From Fidelibacterota bacterium (GTDB lineage Bacteria; Fidelibacterota; Marinisomatia; Marinisomatales; TCS55), in contig JBHHTW010000001.1 of the NCBI GenBank assembly GCA_046861385.1, forward strand, positions 64,001-128,000: a stretch of 64,000 nt of DNA, given 5' to 3'. The notes beneath the pieces are model-generated. The model ran no database searches. It was given only the letters and a program-made list of their open reading frames with translations, and had not been told where the DNA came from. Shown here in pieces: positions 8,711 through 17,901 of this stretch. A program made the translations under genes and the position numbers. How positions within the stretch are numbered: position 1 is the stretch's first letter; each line of letters starts with the position of its first letter.

Positions 8711-9184
8711 GTGGCCGATATAAACATATTCATAAACAGAAATAAAAATATTAATAGGGGTTATCGAATATTAGAAGTCTGGATAGAAGCAATTGAATTA
8801 TTTGCACTTGTAAAAAAGAAAATAAAACCTATGAAATCAATTTCATTCAAAACGAAAGCACAAATCGAAGACTCAGGGATATCGGTTCCCTCTAATATTG
8901 CTGAAGGTTATTCTCGCAGATAAATGAAAGAAACAATTCAATATAATTCAATCGCTCTTGCCTCTCTTTCTGAAAACTATGCTCAATTGATTGCTCTTGT
9001 TGCATCTGATGACTTGGAAAGAGAATGGTTTGAGGAATATGATAAAAAACATTATTCGATAGAAAATAAATTAATCAAATACAATCGATCTATTGTAGAA
9101 AGATTGAAAAATTCTGGTGAATGGCGAACAGATTCTCAAGTATCCGAAATAATTGAACCATATTTACAAAATGAGAAAAAATAA
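8711..9184 (+). pseudogene. Four-helix-bundle protein (23S IVS protein/Avd-like family) split by in-frame TAA at 8921-8923
   Basis: Y..LEVW..A..L, Q...S..SVPSNIAEGY.RR*..E.IQY..IALASL.E motifs continue in the same frame across the stop. Confidence 0.85.
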
Positions 9185-9195
9185 TTGACTATGAA

Positions 9196-9227
9196 ACCAA
9201 TCATTCAGCCAACCAATCATCCAATCA
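9196..9227 (-). repeat. Right arm: 4 x 8-nt array (NCCAATCA), inverse of 8654-8685
   Basis: ACCAATCA TTCAGCCA ACCAATCA TCCAATCA; 25/32 matches to left arm by hand alignment. Confidence 0.85.
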
Positions 9228-9244
9228 ATTTTTAGAGTATTATA

Positions 9245-10438
9245 ATGAGAATCGCAGATCGAATTACTAACCTTGGAACTGAAACCGCATTTGCAGTTTC
9301 AGGACAAGCTCGAGAATGGGCAGAAAAAGGAAATAAAGTCTATCCTTTCCATCTGGGAGACATGAATCTTCCTACTCCGGATAATATAGTCGAAGCAGCC
9401 AACAAATATATAAGAGAACGGTATAATGGGTACGCTCCGCCCAATGGGATTTTGCCGCTGAGAGAAGCCCTTGCAGAAGACGTGGGTAATAAGCGGGGAG
9501 TGAAATATTCTCCTGATAATGTTTCCATCCAACCCGGTGGTAAACCGACAATTGGAAAATTTATCCAAGCGATTATGAATCCGGGAGATGAGGTTCTCTA
9601 TCCTAATCCGGGATACCCTATCTACGAAAGTCAAATAGAATATCATGGAGGTACAGCTGTTCCGTATCAATATGAACAAACTGAAACAGGGTTTGCAATT
9701 GATATTGATAGATTGAAATCATCGATATCGGATAAAACGACCGCGCTTATTTATAATAATTATAATAATCCGATTTCTGCTGAATCTTCTCGGACTGAAA
9801 TGGAAGCATTGGCAGAATTGGCGATAAAGAATGATCTCTGGGTACTCAGTGATGATGCGTATTATGAAATTCTTTATGATACCCAAGCACAATCCATAGT
9901 CAATATTCCCGGGATGCAGGAACGGACTGTGATATTGTATACATTTTCAAAAAAATTCGCCATGACGGGCTGGCGTCTGGGTGCTGCAATCGGGCCAACG
10001 GATGTTATTAATGTTATCAACAAACTCAATGTAAACGATGAATCATGCACCAACCATTTTCACCAGTGGGCAATGATTGAGGCGTTGGGTGAAAATCAAT
10101 CAGGAGCAAAATCCATCTTAAATACATTGCGAAAAAGAAGGGACGCTGCTGTTCATGGATTGAATGAAATTAACGGAATAGATATCACAACACCGGAATG
10201 TACATTTTATTTATTTCCAAACGTGACTAAAATCATGGAACGAAAGCAGCTCAAAGGTTTATCTGAATTACAATTAGGAGCACTGCATGACACGGGCGTT
10301 TCTTTTTGTACCAGAGAACATTTCGGACGAATCCAATCCGGAGAGACTGAATTCTATATACGACTGGCTTATTCTGGGATCACCGTTGATGAAATTAATG
10401 AGGGATTGGGAAAATTGAAGATATTTTTTGAAGCTTAA
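9245..10438 (+). CDS. PLP-dependent aminotransferase class I/II
   Basis: YAPPNGI.PLREA, NNYNNP, SDDAY, FSKKFAMTGWRLG. Confidence 0.9.
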   Translation: MRIADRITNLGTETAFAVSGQAREWAEKGNKVYPFHLGDMNLPTPDNIVEAANKYIRERYNGYAPPNGILPLREALAEDVGNKRGVKYSPDNVSIQPGGKPTIGKFIQAIMNPGDEVLYPNPGYPIYESQIEYHGGTAVPYQYEQTETGFAIDIDRLKSSISDKTTALIYNNYNNPISAESSRTEMEALAELAIKNDLWVLSDDAYYEILYDTQAQSIVNIPGMQERTVILYTFSKKFAMTGWRLGAAIGPTDVINVINKLNVNDESCTNHFHQWAMIEALGENQSGAKSILNTLRKRRDAAVHGLNEINGIDITTPECTFYLFPNVTKIMERKQLKGLSELQLGALHDTGVSFCTREHFGRIQSGETEFYIRLAYSGITVDEINEGLGKLKIFFEA

Positions 10439-10445
10439 TAATGCT

Positions 10446-10474
10446 GAAGGGGACGCAAATTATGGGCCCCCTAC
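10446..10474. repeat. Degenerate REP-like palindrome
   Basis: GAAGGGGACGCA-AATTA-TGGGCCCCCTAC, resembling GTAGGGG...CCCCTAC REPs. Confidence 0.45.
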
Positions 10475-10489
10475 AAATAATAATTATAA

Positions 10490-11566
10490 ATGAAAAAAAC
10501 TCCATTACATCTTAAACATATTGCTTTAAACGCCCGAATGGTTGATTTTTCCGGTTATAAGATGCCTCTTCAATATACTAGTATTGTAGATGAACATAAC
10601 GCGATACGAAATACATGTGGAATATTTGATGTGAGCCACATGGGTGAATTTATTATCAGCGGTGAAAATGCAGAAATATTTATAAATAAAATGACAATTA
10701 ATGATATTTCAAAACTGAGATCCGGAGAAGCTCAGTACTCAGCCATGTGCAATGAGACTGGTGGTATCATTGATGATATTTTGATTTACCGGTTTCCTGA
10801 TTACTTTATGATGGTACCCAACGCATCGAATTTGGATAAAGATTTCAACTGGTTGACCACTCACTGTCCGAATGAAGTGACGATCAAAGATGTCAGCCAG
10901 GAAACAAGCCTCATTGCTTTGCAAGGTCCTCAATCAAGAAATATTCTACAGAATGCAATAAATGTTGATATATCTGAATTGAAATATTATACGTTTATTC
11001 AGGGAGAACTGAATAACAAAAACGTAATCATCACCAGAACGGGATATACTGGGGAATTGGGATTTGAGTTATATACAGACAACAATACGATCAAAGATTT
11101 ATGGGATTTAATCGTTGCTTTGGGAGTCCAACCCTGTGGTCTCGGTTGTAGAAATACCCTAAGGATGGAAATGAAATTTTGCCTTTATGGAAACGATATT
11201 GATGAAACAACGAATCCTATCGAAGCGGGATTGGGATGGATAACCAAATTTGATACAATTGATTTCATCGGAAAAGCAGCATTATTAAATGCAAAAAAAA
11301 ATAAAACAAGGAGATTGGTTGCATTTGAAATGATAGAAAGGGCAGTCCCGCGAAAAGGGTATAAAATATTCTTTCAGGGAAATGAAATTGGCAGTGTCAC
11401 TAGTGGAACGCAATCACCTTCGTTGCAAAAAGGAATTGGTTTGGGGTATGTTCAGGAAGGGAAACATAAGTCCGAAACTGAAATTGAAGTGAATATTCGT
11501 GGAAAAATGAAAAAGGCCATGATAGTCAAACCACCATTTTATAAAAATGGATCTGCACAGTCATGA
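10490..11566 (+). CDS. gcvT: Glycine cleavage system aminomethyltransferase T
   Basis: FDVSHMGE, ALQGP, TRTGYTGELGFE, LRME...LYG. Confidence 0.95.
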   Translation: MKKTPLHLKHIALNARMVDFSGYKMPLQYTSIVDEHNAIRNTCGIFDVSHMGEFIISGENAEIFINKMTINDISKLRSGEAQYSAMCNETGGIIDDILIYRFPDYFMMVPNASNLDKDFNWLTTHCPNEVTIKDVSQETSLIALQGPQSRNILQNAINVDISELKYYTFIQGELNNKNVIITRTGYTGELGFELYTDNNTIKDLWDLIVALGVQPCGLGCRNTLRMEMKFCLYGNDIDETTNPIEAGLGWITKFDTIDFIGKAALLNAKKNKTRRLVAFEMIERAVPRKGYKIFFQGNEIGSVTSGTQSPSLQKGIGLGYVQEGKHKSETEIEVNIRGKMKKAMIVKPPFYKNGSAQS

Positions 11567-12534
11567 GCGGTATTTTAGTTACGGGCGGCTGTGGTTTTAT
11601 TGGGTCTCATGTCATCGATACTCTTTTATCGCAAAAAAGGAGAGTGGTTTGCATTGATAATTTTAATGACTTCTATAACCCAGAAATAAAACGAATTAAC
11701 CAAAAACATCATCTCGATTATAAACGATATTCATTTCTTCAGGGTGATATCAGGGATAAAGCATTTATCAGTAAAGTTTTTACAACACAATCGATAGATA
11801 CGGTAATACATTTGGCCGCCATGGCAGGTGTTCGTCCATCTTTGGAAGAACCTTTGTTATATACAGATGTTAATATCAACGGAACACAAGTCATTTTAGA
11901 AGAAATGAAAAAGAGGAATATTAAAAAATTCATTTTTGCATCCTCTTCTTCAGTTTATGGTAATAATGATAAAATACCATTTTCAGAATCGGATATGGTA
12001 GATCAACAGATTTCCCCTTACGGCGCTACAAAAAAAATGGGAGAAGAACTGGTTTTTACTTACTCATATCTCTATAATATTTCTGCTGTTTGTTTACGGT
12101 TTTTTACAGTATACGGACCCAGACAGCGTCCTGAGATGGCCATCCACAAATTTGTTCGTCATATTTTCAACGATACGCCCATTCCTTTTTATGGAGATGG
12201 AACAACTTCGCGAGATTATACTTACATCGATGATATTGTTCGTGGTATACTTTCTACCCTTGAAACTGCAGACGAATTTATGATATACAACCTTGGAAAT
12301 TCTGAACCGGTGAAGCTGGCAGAACTGGTTTCCACAATTAGCGAAGTGATTGGAAAAGAAGCAATTCTTGATAGACAAGAGTTGCCCTCTGGTGATGTCC
12401 TACAAACGTATGCCGATATTTCCCGAGCGGAAACACGACTCGATTATAATCCTGAAACATCATTCTACGATGGCGTGGTTAAGTTTGTCGATTGGTATAA
12501 AACAGTAAAAAATAATTATCGAGATTTGTTTTGA
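11563..12534 (+). CDS. NAD-dependent epimerase/dehydratase (UDP-glucuronate 4-epimerase-like)
   Basis: GGCGFIG, HLAAMAGVRPS, YGATK, RFFTVYGPRQRP. Confidence 0.9.
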   Translation: MSGILVTGGCGFIGSHVIDTLLSQKRRVVCIDNFNDFYNPEIKRINQKHHLDYKRYSFLQGDIRDKAFISKVFTTQSIDTVIHLAAMAGVRPSLEEPLLYTDVNINGTQVILEEMKKRNIKKFIFASSSSVYGNNDKIPFSESDMVDQQISPYGATKKMGEELVFTYSYLYNISAVCLRFFTVYGPRQRPEMAIHKFVRHIFNDTPIPFYGDGTTSRDYTYIDDIVRGILSTLETADEFMIYNLGNSEPVKLAELVSTISEVIGKEAILDRQELPSGDVLQTYADISRAETRLDYNPETSFYDGVVKFVDWYKTVKNNYRDLF

Positions 12535-14900
12535 AAGATAGACGACTGGAAATACTTGGTATTCTTTCCATGACTGTGTCCATTTTAGTATTGATCAGTT
12601 TGATTGGATACAATCCCTATGAGGAACCCGGGATTTCTCCAAATGTGAATGTGGAGAACCCACTTGGAATTTTAGGAGTTTACATCTCTTATTTTTTCAT
12701 CAAATTTCTTTTTGGATATCCATCCTTTGTTCTCCCTATTTTAGGCGCCAGGTGGGGCTGGTATTTATTTAGTAAAAAAGAATTAAGATTATTCAATCGG
12801 ACTGCCGGATATATTATTGGTTCAGTCGTTCTTTTATCAGTGACCATTGGATTATTTGAAATCGGATTACAAAATAAAACCGGGCTTGAATTTACACTCA
12901 GTGGGTTAATCGGCGGGAGTCTGGCAAATTTCTTTCACAGTTTTTTAGGAATAATTGGCACTGTCATTTTATTGGTAGCTCTTTGGCTGATGTTAATCAG
13001 GGGCTATTTTGAATTTAGCCTATACGAACCAATAGAAAAATTTGGTATTTTACTTCAGAAAATGAGAGACCGGCGAAAACTAAAAAAAGATCTGATTACG
13101 TCGGAAAAAGCCAAGCGGGAACACACTCAGGATTTATTGAATAAATTCGATAATCAGCACGAAGAAGCCGTAGTATCTAATACTTCATCAACAAGATATT
13201 CTTCCAAAGCCGAAAAGCCTGCCGGAAGCAAAGATATAACTAATCAAACAGAACCATTGGATTCGGCCGAAAATGCTACTGATCAGTTATCCCCCAGCGA
13301 AGAAGAAGCCAGTCAAAAATCCGAGGAAAACATCAGAACCAAACAACCTATAAAAAAATCTGTTGAGTCTTTTGAAGTGGGTGAAATGGTCCAGGAAGAG
13401 GAAGTCAATTTGGACGAAGCATCGAATCGGAAGCAACCCAAACGAAAATATCAATTGCCATCTTCCGATTTATTAACGACACCAATTCATATTTCCGACG
13501 GAATGACACGGGATGAACTGGTAGATCGTGCAGAATTTTTAACACAATCATTACTGACTTTTGGAGTGAAAGGTAAAGTCGTAAATGTCAGTCCCGGACC
13601 GGTCATTACCCTCTTTGAAATTGAGCCGGACGAAGGGGTGAGGGTGAATAAGTTTGTTCAACTTTCGGATGATTTAGCTCGAGTAATGGAAGCAAGTCGT
13701 GTTCGGGTCATCGCTCCGATTCCTGGAAAATCCTCTGTGGGTATTGAGATTCCGAATCGAAATCCGGCAACCGTATTTTTTAAATCGGTTATTAATTCAG
13801 AGAAATTTGTAAACGCTGATTCAAAATTAACCCTGGCAGTAGGGAAAAATACTTCCGGTGAAATTTCAATTTTAGACTTAGCGACAATGCCTCACCTGCT
13901 CATTGCTGGCACCACAGGTTCTGGTAAATCAGTATGTTTGAATACAATTATATGCAGCTATCTTTACAGGCTGACCCCGGATGAATTAAAATTTGTTATC
14001 ATCGATCCAAAGAAAGTGGAAATGTCTTTATATCGAGCTTTGGAGGATTACCATCTGCTAAAAATAGAGGACATTGATGAACCAATCGTCACATCCGTTG
14101 AGAATGCTGTTTATGCCCTTCGCGCAGTAGAACGGGAAATGGGTCGGCGCTATGATGTATTGGCCGATTCGGTTGTTCGAAATATCGGTGAATATAATAA
14201 AAAAATGGTTATGCAGGGCGAACCTCAAATGCCGTTTATCGTCGTTGTGGTGGATGAGCTTGCAGATCTAATGATGCTGAATGCCAGAGAGGTAGAAGCG
14301 CCTATCGCTCGGCTTGCACAATTAGCCAGAGCAGTGGGAATTCACTTAGTTATTGCAACACAACGACCATCTGTTGATGTGATTACTGGATTGATCAAAG
14401 CCAATTTCCCATCCCGAATCGCTTTTCAGGTCGCGAGTAAAATTGATTCAAGAACCATTATTGATGGACCCGGAGCAGAAAAATTAATTGGTAAAGGAGA
14501 TATGCTGTATCTTGGCTCTGGTTCCTCTGATCCCGTTCGGATGCACAATGCTTTTGTAACTCTCGATGAAATTGAAGCCTTGATGGCACATATTCGCTTA
14601 CAACCAAAGGCCGAGGAAATAAGTCTACCTAGTATTCGAGAAGGTCAAACGGTGGATGGTGTCACGATTAGTGGAGATGATAATGGTCAAGATGACTTAT
14701 TAAATGAGGCGATTCGGTTGGTTGTTACACACCAACAAGGATCCATTTCTCTAATTCAGAGAAGACTTAAAGTTGGATATTCCAGGGCAGCTCGATTAAT
14801 CGACAAAATGGAACAAATTGCAGTCGTTGGACCTTTCACCGGTAGCAAAGCCCGTGAAGTGCTTGTTGATGAAACCTATTTACTACATTTAGATGAGTAA
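12531..14900 (+). CDS. ftsK: DNA translocase FtsK
   Basis: N-terminal TMs, PHLLIAGTTGSGKS, ATQRPSVDVITG, gamma domain QRRLKVGYSRAARLID; TTG start. Confidence 0.95.
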   Translation: MKDRRLEILGILSMTVSILVLISLIGYNPYEEPGISPNVNVENPLGILGVYISYFFIKFLFGYPSFVLPILGARWGWYLFSKKELRLFNRTAGYIIGSVVLLSVTIGLFEIGLQNKTGLEFTLSGLIGGSLANFFHSFLGIIGTVILLVALWLMLIRGYFEFSLYEPIEKFGILLQKMRDRRKLKKDLITSEKAKREHTQDLLNKFDNQHEEAVVSNTSSTRYSSKAEKPAGSKDITNQTEPLDSAENATDQLSPSEEEASQKSEENIRTKQPIKKSVESFEVGEMVQEEEVNLDEASNRKQPKRKYQLPSSDLLTTPIHISDGMTRDELVDRAEFLTQSLLTFGVKGKVVNVSPGPVITLFEIEPDEGVRVNKFVQLSDDLARVMEASRVRVIAPIPGKSSVGIEIPNRNPATVFFKSVINSEKFVNADSKLTLAVGKNTSGEISILDLATMPHLLIAGTTGSGKSVCLNTIICSYLYRLTPDELKFVIIDPKKVEMSLYRALEDYHLLKIEDIDEPIVTSVENAVYALRAVEREMGRRYDVLADSVVRNIGEYNKKMVMQGEPQMPFIVVVVDELADLMMLNAREVEAPIARLAQLARAVGIHLVIATQRPSVDVITGLIKANFPSRIAFQVASKIDSRTIIDGPGAEKLIGKGDMLYLGSGSSDPVRMHNAFVTLDEIEALMAHIRLQPKAEEISLPSIREGQTVDGVTISGDDNGQDDLLNEAIRLVVTHQQGSISLIQRRLKVGYSRAARLIDKMEQIAVVGPFTGSKAREVLVDETYLLHLDE

Positions 14901-14903
14901 TAA

Positions 14904-15491
14904 ATGAATTTTCGGTTACCCCTGGCGGGGTTCATGTTTTTTTTATCTATTTCTTATGCTCTTGAGAATAATTTAGACTCTTTAAGTAAAGGTCTCCAAC
15001 ATTTGCAATATAAAAAAATTGATGTTACGTTAACTCAATTCCAATATGGTGAACGCTATTATTCTAAAATTTCTGTCTCATTTATAGATACATCATCTTA
15101 TTTAGTGACTTCGAATGAACAGGATATTTTTGTTTCTGATCGAAAGGTAAAAACCTGGAACAAAGTCACAAATCAGCTCATTATCGATAATAAAATCGAA
15201 GGGGATAAGGATATTTTTTCATTGTTAACCGGCGATTTGAATGGCGTCATTCTGCAAAATAAACGGAACGAAAACGGAATAATTACGTTTGGTTATTTTA
15301 TCAAAGATTATGGGTTAAAAGGCATATTGAAAGTGGAAGAGTTAACCTGGCATTTACGTGAAATTGAAATTGAATATGATCAGGATAATACAGTTCAGTT
15401 GACTATAGATAATTGGCAATTCTTACCAGAAAATATTTCATTTTCTGATTTTGGAAAAAAAGCAAATGAAGTGATCGATCTTAATGAGTAA
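14904..15491 (+). CDS. LolA-like outer-membrane lipoprotein carrier
   Basis: Signal peptide, follows ftsK, EQDIFVSDRKVKTWN..TNQLII pattern, C-terminal EVIDL. Confidence 0.6.
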   Translation: MNFRLPLAGFMFFLSISYALENNLDSLSKGLQHLQYKKIDVTLTQFQYGERYYSKISVSFIDTSSYLVTSNEQDIFVSDRKVKTWNKVTNQLIIDNKIEGDKDIFSLLTGDLNGVILQNKRNENGIITFGYFIKDYGLKGILKVEELTWHLREIEIEYDQDNTVQLTIDNWQFLPENISFSDFGKKANEVIDLNE

Positions 15492-16467
15492 AAATTACAA
15501 ATTTATTATTGGGTTTAGTATTAGCATTGGCGGTCTCTGGTATGCGTTTAAAGGAGTCGATTTAAATCAAATTAAAACCCACATTCTACAGGCGGATATA
15601 CAGTATCTTCTTCTTTCCGTCATCGTAATGATTGCCAGCGTTATTGTGAGGGCGATGCGCTGGAAATTGATCTTGATACCTCTGCATATATTCCCATTAA
15701 AACCCTTATATAAATCGACAATGATTGGATATTTTGGTAATGGGGTTTTACCATTTCGATTGGGAGAACTATTAAGAGCTTACGCCATTTCGAGGTCAAA
15801 TTATATTAGTTCTTCAGCTGCTTTTGGAACCATTTTACTGGAACGCTTATTGGACCTGATTGGCTTGGCTGTTCTGATGGCTTTCGTAGCATTATCTTCC
15901 CCTCTTATGGATTGGAGTAGTGGTGTATTGTTAGGGTTAATTATTTTTACTTCATGCGGTTTTATATTCGTATTATGGTTAGAAAAAAGTCATTCAAAAC
16001 TTCATGAAAAAGTAGTGCATTGGAAATTATTTAAAAAACGTTCCGGACAAACTGCTTTACGGATTATCAATAATATTTTTGAAGGATTAACATCTATTCG
16101 TCGAACCAAACATACAGGTAGCTTGATTTTTTATACCATTGCGTTGTGGTTAATGTATTTTGTATGTACATACTCGGTCGTTTTAGCAACGCATATTGAC
16201 ATCTCATGGATAGGCGCTTGTATCATTTTGATTGCCACGACGCTGGCAATCTCAATTCCATCAGCGCCAGGATATGTGGGGACGTATCATGCAGCCGCAG
16301 TTTATGTTCTTGTAAACATCTATAATGCAAGCATTGGTGAATCTCAAGCTTTCTCTGTGCTCATTCATGCTATTGGATATATTCCATTGGTACTAATTGG
16401 ATTTATTTATTTCCTCCAAAGTTCTATCCATTTTAAAGAGATTAAATCGGTTAACATTCCTTCATGA
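15484..16467 (+). CDS. Lysylphosphatidylglycerol synthase TM-region / flippase-like protein
   Basis: RAMRW, N.VLPFRLGELLR, ERLLD, PSAPGYVG; multiple TMs. Confidence 0.85.
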   Translation: MSKNYKFIIGFSISIGGLWYAFKGVDLNQIKTHILQADIQYLLLSVIVMIASVIVRAMRWKLILIPLHIFPLKPLYKSTMIGYFGNGVLPFRLGELLRAYAISRSNYISSSAAFGTILLERLLDLIGLAVLMAFVALSSPLMDWSSGVLLGLIIFTSCGFIFVLWLEKSHSKLHEKVVHWKLFKKRSGQTALRIINNIFEGLTSIRRTKHTGSLIFYTIALWLMYFVCTYSVVLATHIDISWIGACIILIATTLAISIPSAPGYVGTYHAAAVYVLVNIYNASIGESQAFSVLIHAIGYIPLVLIGFIYFLQSSIHFKEIKSVNIPS

Positions 16468-17003
16468 AAAAATATGACACTATTTTTCTTGATCGTGATG
16501 GAACCTTAAACCCTGACCCAGGCTATATTAATGATATCACCCATTATCATTTTTATCCGTTTACGATCGAAGCCTTAAAGAAATTGGCACATGTATGCGA
16601 TAGATTTTGTATTATTACAAATCAGTCAGGCATTGGAAGAGGATTGGTTAAGCAGGAAAACCTGAATGAAATTCATGAATATATTAGATCTGAACTTAAA
16701 ATTCACCAAATTAAACTTTTAGATATCTTTGTTTGTCCCGATCATCCTGATCATGCAACGATAGATCGTAAACCGGAAACAGGAATGTTTATAAAAGCTT
16801 CAAAAAAATATAAGATTGACCTAAAAAGATCAATGATGATTGGTGATGCTGGATCGGATATTGAAGCCGGTGCTAAATTACAGATGGATACGATGTTGGT
16901 CTTAACAGGAAAAGGTCCTGAAACGGTTGAAAATCTAATAGAGATTAAACCATCTATAATTGTTGAAAATTTAATGGTCGGAGCTGAATTAATCGCATCA
17001 TGA
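16464..17003 (+). CDS. gmhB: HAD-IIIA phosphatase, heptose-1,7-bisphosphate phosphatase-like
   Basis: FLDRDGTLN, TNQSGIGRG, RKP..GM, MIGD..SD. Confidence 0.8.
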   Translation: MKKYDTIFLDRDGTLNPDPGYINDITHYHFYPFTIEALKKLAHVCDRFCIITNQSGIGRGLVKQENLNEIHEYIRSELKIHQIKLLDIFVCPDHPDHATIDRKPETGMFIKASKKYKIDLKRSMMIGDAGSDIEAGAKLQMDTMLVLTGKGPETVENLIEIKPSIIVENLMVGAELIAS

Positions 17004-17899
17004 ACACAAGTATTGCCGTATTAATGGGGGGGGCTTCCTCAGAGCGGGATGTATCTTTGCAATCCGGGAAAGCCATTCAAGGTGCTTGTGAAAATCTTGG
17101 ATATGACACAACGCCTATTATATTTAATACAAATATTATTGATTATTTAGATAAGTTACTGAATGTTGATTTGGTTCTAATCGCTCTACACGGGGGATTG
17201 GGAGAAAATGGCCGCATTCAGGGGTTATTTGAAAGCCTTGGAATTCGTTTTACAGGTTCTGATGCATTATCATCGGCATTATGTATGGATAAACATATCA
17301 GTAAATTGCTTGTAGAAGATGTTGGTATATCAACACCAAAATGGGTAAGAATACGAAAAAACGAATCGTACAACACATCCATCATTAAATATCCATGTGT
17401 AGTCAAACCAAATAGCGAAGGCAGTACCATTGGACTAACAATTGTGGATCATGCAAATCAATTGGAAGAAGCCATCAGCGCTGCTCATGTTTATGATAAT
17501 GAAATAATAATTGAGGATTATATTGGTGGGAAAGAGTTGACAGTTTCAGTCCTAGATGATGAAATTTTACCAATAGTTGAAATACGGCCATCGCATCTAT
17601 TTTATGACTATGAATGTAAATATTCAAAAGGAATGACTGAGTATTATTGTCCGGCAGAATTGGATGAGGGTTTGTCTGATAAAATAAAAGAAACAACAAT
17701 AAAAATTTACAAACTGTTAAAATGCCGTCATTACGGAAGAGTCGATTTTCGATTGGATAATAATAATAAATTTTGGTTTCTGGAGGTGAATACATTACCC
17801 GGTATGACTGAAACCAGTTTGGTGCCAAAAGCAGCTAAAGCAGCCGGAATCACTTTTGATAAATTGATACATAATATAATCAAACAAGCGTTGAACTGA
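17000..17899 (+). CDS. ddl: D-alanine--D-alanine ligase
   Basis: GGASSERDVSL.SG, LHGGLGENG, FYDYECKY, EVNTLPGMT. Confidence 0.95.
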   Translation: MNTSIAVLMGGASSERDVSLQSGKAIQGACENLGYDTTPIIFNTNIIDYLDKLLNVDLVLIALHGGLGENGRIQGLFESLGIRFTGSDALSSALCMDKHISKLLVEDVGISTPKWVRIRKNESYNTSIIKYPCVVKPNSEGSTIGLTIVDHANQLEEAISAAHVYDNEIIIEDYIGGKELTVSVLDDEILPIVEIRPSHLFYDYECKYSKGMTEYYCPAELDEGLSDKIKETTIKIYKLLKCRHYGRVDFRLDNNNKFWFLEVNTLPGMTETSLVPKAAKAAGITFDKLIHNIIKQALN

Positions 17900-17901
17900 A
17901 A

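Noticed and set aside
8921-8923. Stop-codon reassignment
   Set aside because: TAA, TAG and TGA all terminate conserved genes normally in this window
8711-9184. Diversity-generating retroelement (Avd-like protein)
   Set aside because: No reverse transcriptase and no TR/VR pair seen near either four-helix-bundle gene
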